From Eledone cirrhosa (Eukaryota): a stretch of 64,000 nt of DNA. The notes under the pieces were generated by a model, which saw only the letters and a program-made list of their open reading frames with translations, was not told where the DNA came from and did no database searches. Below, piece by piece: positions 40,175 through 52,545 of this stretch. Positions within the stretch are counted from its first letter, which is position 1, and every line of letters begins with the position of its first letter. The stretch spans positions 267,778,001 to 267,842,000 of the forward strand of contig OZ024742.1 of the NCBI GenBank assembly GCA_964016885.1. The letters run 5' to 3'. A program made the translations under genes and the position numbers.

Positions 40175-40246
40175 ATATATTTTATCTGATGAGGACGTAC
40201 TGAGGAAACAGCACAGTACCTCCGAAATATATATAATAAAATATAT
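40175..40246 (+). ncRNA. Type I hammerhead ribozyme (canonical, 11-bp stem I)
   Basis: ATATATTTTAT CTGATGA GGA-C-GTACTG...CAGTAC-C-TCC GAA ATATATAT A ATAAAATATAT. It lies inside ~33-bp inverted repeats (40083-40115 / 40256-40290). Confidence 0.9.
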
Positions 40247-40699
40247 TTGATTACGTGAATGTCTATATTTATTAATATTTTGAATTAATACATATATATA
40301 TATATATATATATTAATGGATGCAGTAAAAAAAAACAATTACACAATTACTCACCGTTACATGGGGTAGTAGAGTGGGTAATATGAGGGTTTCGGCATCC
40401 CGATGGCTGAGCTCTTGCCATTTCAACAACTAGATCCGATAATTTAAATTAAAATATATACAGAGACAAAAGAGCCATATATCGTTAGAGAAATACTTAG
40501 TATTTCGTACATATACACAAATCATACAATATTTGGAAAAAAATTCATAATTTAAGGTAGAAACGTTTTTACTTTCCTTACTGTACCGTTTCATAGTTTT
40601 CCTAAAACAAAGCAAAAATTGATCGAAGTAATTGACCATCGATCACCAACTGTCGATTCTGGTAAAGCTATGGAAGACGCTGATTTTTGTGAGCTCTTT

Positions 40700-41760
40700 G
40701 TGACCAACAAGCCCAGCACGAGAAAGAACAACCCTATTGCATATGTTACAGACATCTTCTTTTAAACATTTAATGTTTAATCCTTTTGACCTTAAATCAA
40801 TCACAACCATTATAAACCAGACTTCCCCTAACAGATCTACTCTTCGGCTTGTCTTCCCAATCCTCAGCACTAATACCAAGATTTTTCAGGTTAACTTGGT
40901 TTTGTGTCTGGGGCGTTCACCAAGAGTTAAATCTCCCTACCAAATTCGCTTAGGCAATTGTTTATCTCTCCTCCACGTTAAATGCCCAGCCCAAAGCAGT
41001 TGTTTACGAATTAGAATTATTTTCTATGCTGGGTGTATTGACCCGATACAGAATAAAGGCTTCCAGTGTAAATAAATGCCACTTTCCAATGTCTTGATAT
41101 TATTTTGGAATGTGGTCCCAATCTTAGAAGAAAACAATTGACCAATCAGGATAGAGGATTACTAGACATTTATCTTAGTGCCTTACGAGATGCATCTGTC
41201 CGACGAAACTCGTCCTTCCAACCTACCGAATGGTTTGCTGGATTTTTCAAACTTTAGTTCAATATCGAAGTCCAATGAGCTATCTATGGAGAGTGCAGTA
41301 TCAAGGTAGACAAATGTATTAAGAGTCATCAAACTCTTATCCTGAACAAAGATGTTTCGATTGGCGTAACATTTCTCAGGAAGTGCTGTATACATAACCT
41401 TGATTTTTTTCTGTGTCGATATTAAGCTTAAAAGCAGTGCACGCTCCCAAAGCATGTCCATGATAGCTTAGGTGTGCTCCTCAGTATGATCAACAAGTTT
41501 GGCGTCGTCAGACTTGGGCAACTAGATAGTACTTGATATGACCCTAAAGCGTGTCAAATTAGAAACCTTACCCGTGGTCGTGAAATGAAGATACACAGCA
41601 ACATTATTATGAAACGCATACACGAAAGTCAGAGCAACGAGAACAGAGAACAGTTGGTGCTGGATTGCCCCTTTGCTAAGCTCTATTGTATAGTGTTTTG
41701 ACTACTACATCATGCCTCATGGGTATATAGTGCCGTGATGACATCTTTGGACAGCTGTTT
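40700..41760 (-). pseudogene. RTE LINE RT remnant
   Basis: FVYLDTALS...KPFGRLEGRV and a RWAGHL...LPKRIW-like segment homologous to 12225-12920. Confidence 0.75.
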
Positions 41761-41899
41761 ATGACATGGTTGATATCTTAAATGTTAATTCTGCAGATTC
41801 GACATTTGTTGTCACATCTAGTTGTTTTGCCTACATCTCTATCTCTTTTATGAATCAAGGTATTTTGTGCTAATTTTCGGTTGTTGGATTGCAAATCTA

Positions 41900-43113
41900 A
41901 TTCCTCAAAGTGAAGCTAATATACCGGTTGTTGGTCCAAAATAGACAGCTTTTCTTATCTATATTACTTTCACTCTGGCGCTACCTGGCAACATATCCAT
42001 GCATGGTTTTTTACTCATACGTATGCAGTTTTTGATAAATGGATTCACTGTTGCTTTGCTGGGCAATTTCCCTGTGTGTGAGTTTTTGATAATCTTGCAG
42101 GGAGTATCTTTCAAGGAAATTCTTCCTAAATCTCATGATCTTATCTGCAGACAAACTTGCTCAATAGATGGGCTCCTACGCTAGGACGTTCGTAGACGGT
42201 GTCGGAGGGATATGATGCAATACTCTAAAGTTGTCTGGACTATTTGTTAGCCTCTTTCTCCACTGCTTGCTTTGCAAGTAGAGGCGATCTATATCACTGT
42301 TGATGTGGAAGATTACAGTGTTGTCTAGGATTTTTCGGATTTTAACGTCAATCGCTCGGAATTCGTCTATCTTCGAATTGAGTATTACAAACACTGGTGT
42401 TAGGACAGACACAGCAAACTCATTGTGAGCCACTGTTTTATTGTGCGCAGAATATTGGTGACCGTATTTTTCTTAATCGGGTGTAATATTCCCTGGTGAC
42501 GCATTCCGCATTACAAATAACATTACAAGCTTTGACGCATAGAGATACGGCCCTTGCCATTCTGAGTTCAAATCCCGCCGAGGTTAACTTTGCCTTTCAT
42601 CCGTACGGGGTCGATAAAATAAAGTACCTGTAATGTACTGGATATTTGCTGGCCTTGTGCCAATAGTAGAAACAATTATAGTATATATTTTAATCTATCC
42701 CTATCTACATGTAGCAACCCTCGTCCGATATCAGTCAAACAGTTAATCCATTTAAATTGTATGTTTCTGCTGTAGTTTAGATGTAATAGTTATTTTTGAT
42801 TTCTTTCAGCCACACTGCATCTTGGTTGAATTTATTTCTTTTCACTCCATATTTTTCTCCAGAAGGAATCGATGTCTTTCTGGGACATGGTATCAGTGAC
42901 ATTTATTACTTTGCCCTATATATCTCTATAGACTGATGCTTGCTTTCGTTTGAATGTTTTATTAATTATTTTTCTTTCAGCTACCGTCTTCTTGTATCGA
43001 GGTTTCTCGACGAGAGCTCTTAATTCTTGTTCGAGGGTTATTAGTTTATATTGAAGAGTTCTGGTTGTATTGTCGCCACTTTTTCGATGCATGGTATTGT
43101 TGGCCATAGGCAA
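41900..43113 (-). pseudogene. R4/Dong-like non-LTR fragments, split by a SINE
   Basis: AHNEFAVSVLT...IDVKIRKIL...FHINSDIDRLYL and INKTFKRKQASVYRDI. Confidence 0.7.
42525..42680 (+). mobile_element. tRNA-derived SINE (5'-truncated)
   Basis: tctgagttcaaatcccgccgaggttaactttgcctttcatccgtacggggtcgataaaat. Confidence 0.85.
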
Positions 43114-43210
43114 GTCCCTACCAGTTATAAAACGCCACGTCCGTGACGCTCATGCTAATGTTGCAGCCATCAAGTATGTATGTATACATGCATGTGTGTA
43201 TGTATGCATC

Positions 43211-43257
<47 letters not shown>

Positions 43258-43261
<4 letters not shown>

Positions 43262-44746
43262 ATAATAATAAAATTGAAGACTAAAATCCAAAGAGGGCTC
43301 GATAAGGAAAATATATATCAAATATATAAGAACCGTAGAGCAAATATTTATTAAAATAACAGATTAAAGTTTAAGCAAAGAATCGCTGCTTTCACCCTTA
43401 ACGGGATCTTCTGAAACTAACAAAGTCAATCTGTAATACGTCATTAATAGAAGCGGTGAAAAACAATTACGCGCAAAGACAAAACCACGTTTATGGTATA
43501 AAAGAGGTCGTAGACTAATGTTCTCTAAGGTGGTGCATAGAGACGTTCTCTGGCAATGAACGAAAAAACGAAGATAATAAGTCATATGTGGAGGGTGGAG
43601 AACAATAGCACGCAAAGACAAAACCACGTAAATGGTATAGCAGAAATCGTAGACTAAAATTCTAACTAGGAAACCAAATGAATCTCCGCTACAGAGTTAA
43701 GAACAAAGTAAATAAATACAATACAGTAGTAATAGAAACAAATAAATACATACACGCAAACAGATACGTACATACACAAGCATACGCAAAACCTTACCAT
43801 GGTTATACAAAACCACGCACATATAAATATGTGTGTGTATGTATGCGTGTATACAAATAAATAAATAATTATATAAACGTATATAAGTAAATAAATACGT
43901 ATATAACAAGCGCACAGGCATACCTACATATAAATACACGAAAGTTCGGAGACGTAAGTCAACTAAAACAAGAAGTACACATATACACACACCCACCATA
44001 CGTACGAACCTGCTCACTCACGCGGACACAAAACTCCCGTATACACATAGCCAAACCCTAAAAACCAGAATATGTAAAAATTATACGCTATAACAGTCAA
44101 ATATACGTACGAGAAAGTATACATACCTTCACAGAACATACGGGTAATATATACTTACCTATGCAAATAAGTAAAGGAATAAACAAACATATACTTAGCT
44201 CCCACATCAAGACGTAAAATATCCACGTATAGATCGTGCTATCCGTTAGGGTATAACGTGGGGCTGTAATACAGGAAAGTTTTGTGCAATTTATGTTTAC
44301 AAGCCGAAATTGCCTCAGATTTTTTGTTTGAGATGTGGTTTGTAGCGTAGAGTATTTCCAGGGCCTCAGCGGCGCAGAGGTCACATGGTCTTTTATTTCC
44401 GTTATACGATCTAGCCCTAGCTAGGATCTCCCAGTGTAACTTATATTGGGTGTGGTTGTCTTTTAGACTCCAGATATAAGCTGAAAGTGACGTCATGTTC
44501 CTTCTTAGAGGGTAACGAAAAGAATGGGTATGCATGTAAAGACGCTGCTTGAAACTATTGGCCGTTAACCCTATGTAGGCCCTACGGGAGGTGGGTGTTA
44601 CAACCTTCGTCTTCCTGTCTTCCTCCGGTTGCAACGTTTTTTGAAATATCCAGTTCTGCGTTTACAGATTGACTTTGTTAGTTTCAGAAGATCCCGTTAA
44701 GGATGAAAGCAGCGATTCTTTGCTTAAACTTTAATCTGTTATTTTA

Positions 44747-44752
<6 letters not shown>
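43258..44752 (-). mobile_element. Family-A PLE, heavily 5'-truncated, with an inverted 5' pLTR
   Basis: 44239-44606 is nearly identical to the GIY-YIG end of 54869..55966. The 3' UTR/pLTR spans 43258-44238 and the inverted pLTR piece 44607-44752. (TA)n lies on both sides. Confidence 0.9.
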
Positions 44753-44777
<25 letters not shown>

Positions 44778-45759
44778 AGAGTATGTACACGTACATACAT
44801 ATATGTATACAGACGTACAGTAGTATGTATAATCATACATATGTACACATATATATATGTACGTACAGGTTTACCGAACATTTATTATAACTTTCGGTTT
44901 GTTTGGAAACAAACAGCCCGAATTAAGCCGTACAGTGTTCTGCAACCATCGTTGCCCTTTTGTTCAACACTGACAAAGGAACGATGAACTAGTTTCGAGC
45001 TTATTAGCTGTCATCAGCACCGTATACCTTCATGTCAATTGATTGAATATTTGAAAGTATATACTTTCCTGATGCATATTAACGGCTGAGCAGCCTAATT
45101 TGCATATCGAGTCCGTTAGTCGGTCGGAAGTACGAAAAACGATAAATGGAAAAAATGAAATTTCATATCTCACTCTTAGTCCGGCTGATACTTAAATATA
45201 AGTATGTACACGTACATACATATATGTATACAGACGTACAGTAGTATGTATAACCATACATACGTGTACACTAATCTATATATGTACGTATGGGTTTACC
45301 GAACATTTATTATAATGCTCGGTTTGTTTGTAAACAAACAGCCCGATTTAAGCCGTACAATGTTCGGCAACCATCGTTGCCCTTTTGTTCAACACTGGCA
45401 AAGGAACGATGAACTAGTTTCTAGCTTATTAACTGTCAATCGATTGACAGGAAAGTATACGGTGCTGATGACAGCTAATAAGCGAGAAACTAGTTCATCG
45501 TTCCTTTGTCAGTGTTGAACAAAAGGGCAACGATGGTTGCCGAACACTGTACGGCTTAATTCAGGCTGCTTGTTTACAAACAAACCAAACATTATAATAA
45601 ATGTTTGGTAAACCTATACGTACATATATATATATGTGTACATGTATGTATGATTACACATACTACTGTACGTCTGTATACATATATGTATGTACGTATA
45701 CATATTTATATTTAAGTATCAGCCGTACTAAGAGTGAGAAATGAAATTTCATTTTTTCC

Positions 45760-45760
<1 letters not shown>
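44778..45760. mobile_element. Retrozyme-like family B: 421-bp tandem monomers plus inverted arm
   Basis: agtatgtacacgtacatacat occurs at 44780 and 45201. The inversion is at the palindrome ctgtcaatcgattgacag (45433-45450). HHRs lie at 44981-45023(-) and 45459-45501(+). Confidence 0.85.
44981..45023 (-). ncRNA. Minimal type I hammerhead (family B)
   Basis: Minus strand reads ACGGTG CTGATGA C AGCT AATA AGCT C GAA ACTAGT T CATCGT. Confidence 0.85.
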
Positions 45761-45791
<31 letters not shown>

Positions 45792-45798
45792 TTATATA

Positions 45799-46942
45799 CT
45801 AGCAGTGTATCCCGGCGTTGCGCGGGTAATAGCACCCCCATTGAGAAACGTTTATTTGTGAGTGCCTGTTAAAAACTCATTAAAATATACTGAGCGGACA
45901 CTTGTTTTATTTGGAGAAAATTAAGGAGTTGAAAGTACAGTTTAGCTGTCTACGTGCATTGTTCATAGAAATATTGTTGAACCCCTTCTTTTCATGCTTC
46001 TCTCTTTTGGCCTATTGGAGTAAATGTGAAAGAGAAATTAACAGGTGATGTTGGCAGAAGGTTCCAGTGTCATATCAGTAAGGCGTAGGCTTAAAAGTTC
46101 TTTCGCACTCTTTCCACTAAGTTACTCTTTCTCTCTATCCCCCTCGGTGCAGTCCCTTGCGAATTTCTCGCGTAGGCCTTGTGTAGATTTGCACCCGATC
46201 CATCTGTCCGATGCACATGTCCGCTTTGTACGGCTTTTGGAGGAAGGAATGACCAGCAGTACGTTGTTCGGTATTATTACGAAAAGGTGTAGCAGAGAAT
46301 CCCGCATGAAGTAACAGCTCGAGAGGAAACTGCTTACCTCGAAGATTCATTCGCCATCGTTCTTAACGCTCCGTTCAGTTGGTATTTGTTGGTCTACAGT
46401 TAGTTGAATGGCGCACAAAAGCTTAATGTTTATTGGCAAGAAGTGGCCACTGGGCTGGCTTCCCTCACTTATAAAATATATTAAAATAACAGATTAAAGT
46501 TTAAACAAATAATCGCTGCTTTCACCCTTAACGGGATCTTCTGAAACTAAAAGATCAATCTGTGATTGCAGAAGTAAATATTTCGAAAAACGTTACAACC
46601 AAAGGAAAACAGGAAGACGATACTTTGGTTCGTAAAGACGTTCCTTGGCAATGAACGGAAAATAGCGAACATAATACCTCATCAATCTTTGTCACAATGT
46701 CGAAATCCAGACAGCCAGGCATACAGACAGATATTATAAGGGCGCGATAGAGATCGAAAACCAGCGTCTAACACCCCTTTAACAGCAGAAAATTGAAAAA
46801 TAAAAGCTGCATTTAATATCTTTAGACCGCAAAGAATATATAAAAATGCAAGTTTGAACTCAATCGGAGTAGAAATGTGGATTTGTATATACTTTGCAAA
46901 AGTGAGGTTACACACACAGACAACTACAGTTTTATATATATG
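45799..46942 (-). mobile_element. Non-autonomous Helitron with a captured family-A pLTR
   Basis: Minus-strand 3' end acccgcgcaacgccggg...CTAG|T at 45799. The 5' region is homologous to 13623-14073. The pLTR with HHR-like motif is at 46480-46680. Confidence 0.8.
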
Positions 46943-46949
46943 TATATAT

Positions 46950-48315
46950 AAATAAAGATGAAAATGCGAAGTTGAAGGTGTTAGAGTTCTTTATTATTTG
47001 AGCCGTTATACATATTTCAATGACGATAAACATCGAGATCTCTTCAGGCACCAAACATTGATTAAAAGGTAATATTTCTGAGGCAATTTTATTTGGAAGG
47101 GGGCGGACTAAAGAAAAAGTGTGTTTTTGCTTCGGTTGTCCGCCCCCTTCTGGTTTCAAGCCACCCTGACAGCTCTGCATATGTCACAGGGGGGTATGGG
47201 TGGCTGACCCCTTCATCCAGAATACTTTCAACCATGTATGTTCTCTCTATCTACCAATCTCCCACCACCTCGGCCAAAAACACGATATGGTCAGTGGGAC
47301 CTTCAAGCCAGCCAAAATTTAACTGCTGGCTTTGGCAACCAGTAAGATTTCGGTGTATTTGTACCCGCCATCCGTTTATGGCGGGATAATCACCCCGAAG
47401 CGAAAAATTTCCTTTCTGCTATGGTTAATATAACTTATCATAGAAAATATTTAAAGTTTCTCAACCCGAGAACATTTCTAAATTTAAAATGTTAAGAGTT
47501 ATATGTTAGGAGTCCAGACAACTAGACAACAGTCAATTTGCTAAGGATGAGAAAATGTCTGGCCTCTTGTCGTGGATGACATGTAAAATTTAAAATATCT
47601 AATTTAACGAGCGTTAAAATTAAAAATTAAACGAATGTAAAACATTAAACAAATGTAAAAATTAAACAAATCTACAGTTGGTATTCCGGTGAATCCCGTG
47701 GAGACAAAAGATACATTGATAATTTAAGGAAAAATGTACAAGTAAGGAAGAACGGGGAAAAGGGAGATTATAATTGGGGGGGGGGGGTATGATTATAGCG
47801 TAAACAGGCCTATAGAGAGAATGAAGGAAACATAGAAGGAAAAAATATAGAAAAATTAGAAAGTAAAATCTGTGATAAATGTCTGAGTGGGGGCGAGTTA
47901 TAGAAAGTCAGTTGTATTCACAGTGCTCCAGCTATTTTGATCCGTGCAGTTTCAACTGCAGCTGAAGTAAATGTTAAATGGAAATATCCAAGAGTAAGAG
48001 CACACAGTCCAGAGGACGAGTTTAGTATAAATGTTTAAAACAGTGATATAAACAGGTACTCAAGTTTCGTTGGGTTCTGGGCCCACAATTCATTCAGCCT
48101 GTCATAAGAAAAATAAAAACAAAGATGCCCGCCTAGAGTTAATTCTGCTTTCCTTATATACATAAGATTTTACGCAGGGACAGCCAATTAAAAAAAAGTT
48201 TAGAAAAAGGGCTTTTCTTTAAATTATAGGGTAAGATCAAGAGAAGTAACTCTTGATAGACAGTCAATTTTGAATGATAATAGAAGCACAATGATTTATT
48301 CTATTTCACTCGAAA
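46950..48315 (-). pseudogene. Highly decayed PLE with 3' UTR hairpins and a HHR remnant
   Basis: RT-like remnants (NHCASIIIQ..., MNCGPRT) at 48060-48310. The minus strand has CTGAAGA GATCTCGATGTTTATCGTCATT GAA ATATGTAT A at ~47005-47047. Confidence 0.5.
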
Positions 48316-48324
48316 ATTATATAT

Positions 48325-49410
48325 ATATTTATTAAAATAAGAGATTAAAGTTTAAGCAAAGAATCGCTGCTTTCACCCTTAACGGGATCTTCTGAAACTA
48401 AAAAAAATCAATCTGTGAATGCAGAAGTAAATATTTCGAAAAACGTTGCAACCGAAAGAAAACAGGAATACCATACATTGGTTCGTGAAGACGTTTCCTG
48501 GCAATGAACGGAAAAAAGCGGAGATAATACTTCGTTATGTGGAGCGTTGAGAACAATTACACGCAAAGACAAAACCACGTTTATGGTATAAATGGAGTCA
48601 TTAGACTAATATTCTATTTAGGAAACCGAATGATTCTCGGCTTCAGAGTTAAGAATAATGTAAGGTGTGTATATGTGTATATTGTGTTTTGGGATACGTA
48701 CTTTTGGTGAACATATCTGTATTTATCTGTAGGTATATGTGCGTGCGTTATATACGTATTTATGTGTGTATATTTATATACGTTTATATAATTATAAGTA
48801 TACACAGATATATATATATATTATTTTAATGTGTATTTGGTGTATATGTTTGTATATGTGCGGGTACGTGTGTCACGCGGGTTTATGTATGTGTGCGCAT
48901 GTTTATGTGTACGTACATGTATATGCATGTATCGCGGGTGTTTTCGCGTATGCATGTGTATGTACGTATATAGATGCGTGTATGTATATATTTAATTATT
49001 ATTACTTTTATGATTTTAATAACCTCTGTCATTTTCGTTCTACAAATTTATTTACATTATTCTTAACTCTGAATCCGAGAATCATTCGGTTTCCTAAATA
49101 GAATATTAGTCTACGCCTCCATTTATAGCATAAATGTGGTTTTGTCTTTGCGTGTAATTGTTCTCACTGCACCACCTAAGGACGTGTTATCTTCGCTTTG
49201 TTCCGTTCATTGCCAGGGAACGTCTTCACTAACCAAAGTATCGTCTTCCTGTTTTCCTTTGGTTGCAACGTTTTCCAAATATTTACTTCTGCGTTCACAG
49301 TTTTAGTTTCAGAAGATCCCGCTCTAGGGGTTCTTATATATTTGATATATATTTATCCTTATCGAGCCCTGTTTGGATTTTAGTCTTCAGATTTATTATT
49401 ATTACTATAT
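48325..49410. mobile_element. Non-coding family-A PLE derivative: two inverted pLTRs around a TG-rich spacer
   Basis: 48327-48665 is the reverse complement of ~49050-49320. Further pLTR fragments run to 49535. Confidence 0.85.
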
Positions 49411-49703
49411 ATATATAGTAATAATAATAAATGTGAAGACTAAATTCCGAAGATTTAATCTGTTATTTTAATATATATATATAAGGGTGAAAGCAGCGAT
49501 TCTTTGCTTAAACTTTAATCTGTTATTTTAATAAATATATATCTATCTATATATATATATATATATATATATGTAGATAAATCTACCAGAATATACCGTA
49601 GTGTCCAATCCGTATGAAGAACTCAATGTAATCCAAATATCATGAAAAGAGAAGATTTATTCAAAAATGTTTTCGATGAAAATTACAGGAAAACAGAGTC
49701 AAG

Positions 49704-50084
49704 ATAAATTAATAAGAACAATGAATAAAAACAAAGAAACAGTTCCTTATATTAAAAAATTCATCATTTTACGATCGTTTCTAGGATATATATGTGTGTG
49801 TTGGTATGTATATTATATAGATCTATGTAAACATTTTACAAACTATCAAAGGAAATATACATACATACACATATATATGTTGTCTTCAAAAATAATCATT
49901 ATTTCTGAAGACAACATATATATGTGTATGTATGTATATTTCCTTTGATAGTTTGTAAAATGTTTACATAGATCTATATAATATACATACCAACACACAC
50001 ATATATATCCTAGAAACGATCGTAAAATGATGAATTTTTTAATATAAGGAACTGTTTCTTTGTTTTTATTCATTGTTTTTATTA

Positions 50085-50090
<6 letters not shown>
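49704..50090. repeat. ~390-bp near-perfect palindrome containing a hammerhead
   Basis: The arms mirror each other around ~49897. The plus arm reads CATTATTT CTGAAGA...GAA ACGATCGT A AAATGATG (49897-50032). Confidence 0.9.
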
Positions 50091-50136
<46 letters not shown>

Positions 50137-50272
50137 TTGTGGTAAGGTTGCTTAGATGCTTCCATAGGCGGTGTGCCGGTTGAGCACTCTATTCTCCTTC
50201 AGAGCAGAGTATAATAATATGAAAAAATAATGACGTCACTAGAAATATAGAAATAGACGATATGACCGAACA

Positions 50273-50380
50273 TCCCGCCGAGGTTATCTTTGCCTTTCAT
50301 CCTTACGGGGTCGATAAAATAAAGTACCAGTAATGCACTGGGTAATTGCTGGCCTTGTTCCAAAAAGTAGAAACAATCAT
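50273..50380 (+). mobile_element. SINE 3' fragment
   Basis: cccgccgaggttatctttgcctttcatccttacggggtcgataaaataaagtaccag. Confidence 0.85.
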
Positions 50381-50384
50381 GTAT

Positions 50385-50790
50385 GTAGAAAACCAGGGAT
50401 ACCCATTAAGGATCACAAATTAGATTTTAGGACTAATCCACCGATTAGGTTAATAGCACCCTCCAAGTCAGGTTACGGCCAGTAAATATATTATAGATAG
50501 GATTCTACCGGTACTTAGGACTAGAACTAGGCTTAGCTTATGGACTTCCACCAAGGAGGTAATAGACTGGTTCGCGCTATTAGATATCAAACATCAGGTG
50601 AATTTCATTCAGTTGGACGTAGTGAATTACTACGCGTCCATATCACTAGTAATCGTGAACAAGGCCCCCATGAGTGCCATGGCTAAAACCAACCTCACTA
50701 GAGGGGAAGTAGACATTATAGTAGCAGCGAGAAAGACGTTAATTAGGTTTGACGATAGATTATGGGAAGGAGGGACAGACCCGATAGTTT
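50385..50790 (+). pseudogene. PLE RT N-terminal fragment
   Basis: IKDHKLDFRTNPPIRLIAPSKS and EVIDWF...NFIQLDVVNYYASI match 54380-54620. Confidence 0.8.
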
Positions 50791-51558
50791 CGACATTTCA
50801 CACACAGTACCCTACTCCGTATACAAGCTGTTTTTGCGTATTCCATCCAGATTTTTTTTATGTAGTGTATGAATTTTCTTTACGTTTTCTTTTTGTAATG
50901 TTTTATGTATTTTGTCATGTACATCATCATATGTATTTTTATGCATTTTTTAAGTATATCCTTTGCATTGTTTCTATGAGCTTTCCATATGTAATTTGTT
51001 TATATGTTTTTTTTAATGTGGGTTATTTCACGTTAACACCCTAAGTCACCTCACTCAACGTGTACATAAAAGTGTGTCTGCATATAATTATATACTGCTA
51101 CGTGAGATGTTGCGTGCATTTTTTGACGTATTCCTTATATGCATTTTCTTGTATTTTTACGTATTTCTTCACGTAAATTTTCTTTGAGTATTCTTTGATG
51201 TACATCAGTATATGTATTTTTTATGTAATTTCTAAGTATTTTGTAAAATTATTTTCATATTTAATTTGTTTATATGTGGTTTGTATGTGGAGTATCTTAA
51301 GTTAACAACCTAAGCCATCTTACTTAAGGTGTACATGAATGTGTGTCTATATACGTATAAAGTGGTATGTGTGTAAACCTGTGCAAACGTGTACGTAGCG
51401 GCATGTATATACACAGAGACACACGCACAATTGTGAGTGTCTGTAATTATATATGTGTGAATGCGTGTGCCTATGTCCGGGTGTGTGTGAACATGCATAT
51501 ATATGGGTGCATATATGTGTGTATGTGTGTGTATAGAGATATGTATATATATATATAA

Positions 51559-51604
<46 letters not shown>

Positions 51605-52127
51605 GTGTGTGTGTGTGTGTGTGTGTGTATGTATATAGATATAGATATATGTATTTGTGTGGGTCCGTGTATGTTTACATATGTGCGTATATCTGTGTAT
51701 GCATATACCTGTATATGAGGGTGTGAATAAATGCATGTGAGCGTGTATGCGCACACGCATGAGCGTATGCGCGGGTGTGTGTGTGCATGTACGCACAGAT
51801 AAGTGTGTGATCAGGAACTCGGAATGTATGTGTGTGAGCACACGTGTGCGTGGGTGTACGTGTGTCGGGCTGCGGGCAAGCTAGGGACATGCAAGACGGA
51901 TGGGAACCCCATGCCTAGGTAGCAGTAATTCTGGCAACAGAATTAAGGTGAGTGGCAGCTCATGCCTGAATGGAAGTGGTCACTGGGCCGTTTCGAATGG
52001 TCAAACATACATATGACGTCTCGAACTCTTGACCAATCGATGGGCCGCGCAAACAGGATGATAGCAGAGGAAGGAAATTCAGAGGGTCGCAGTGCAACTG
52101 ACAGAGGATTTGTTTCGAAGTCGCTAG

Positions 52128-52220
52128 ACGTATCTGAGGAACTTGCGAATCCAGAGTCAGGTTCGATCCACAAATAGATCGCACCTCGAGCTGTTCGCCG
52201 GAGAAACAATTGTAATACGT
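52128..52220 (+). ncRNA. Type I hammerhead ribozyme (family E)
   Basis: ACGTAT CTGAGGA ACTT GCGAA...TTCGC CGGA GAA ACAATTGT A ATACGT, with (TA)n ~45 nt downstream. Confidence 0.75.
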
Positions 52221-52262
52221 TAATAAATTTTGTTTCGATGCATCACTGATTCTTCGTTTTTC

Positions 52263-52321
<59 letters not shown>

Positions 52322-52490
52322 TATATATATAAATAAATTTTGAGTATATGTTGGTTGTTTACCGACACCTCAGTATCCAGATTGGAGCACTCCACGAAGT
52401 ACGCAGGTTGGTTTGTTTATTCCGGGGTAATGTAAAATAATTAAGTCAAATGTGTAAAATTTGGTTTCGTTTATTATAAATTATAGATAT

Positions 52491-52545
52491 ACTGCTATAT
52501 ATATTTTGGTGACAGCCATCATTGGCTGTGACCTCTTCAGGCAGT
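52491..52545 (-). ncRNA. Type I hammerhead, G12A (probably CpG-decayed)
   Basis: Minus strand reads ACTGC CTGAAGA GGT-C-ACAGCCA ATGA TGGCTGT-C-ACC AAA ATATATAT A GCAGT. Confidence 0.75.

Noticed and set aside
40350-40435. Minus-strand TTGAAAT-GGCA...TGCC-GAAACC hammerhead-like motif
   Set aside because: There are three core deviations and no convincing stem I or cleavage triplet.
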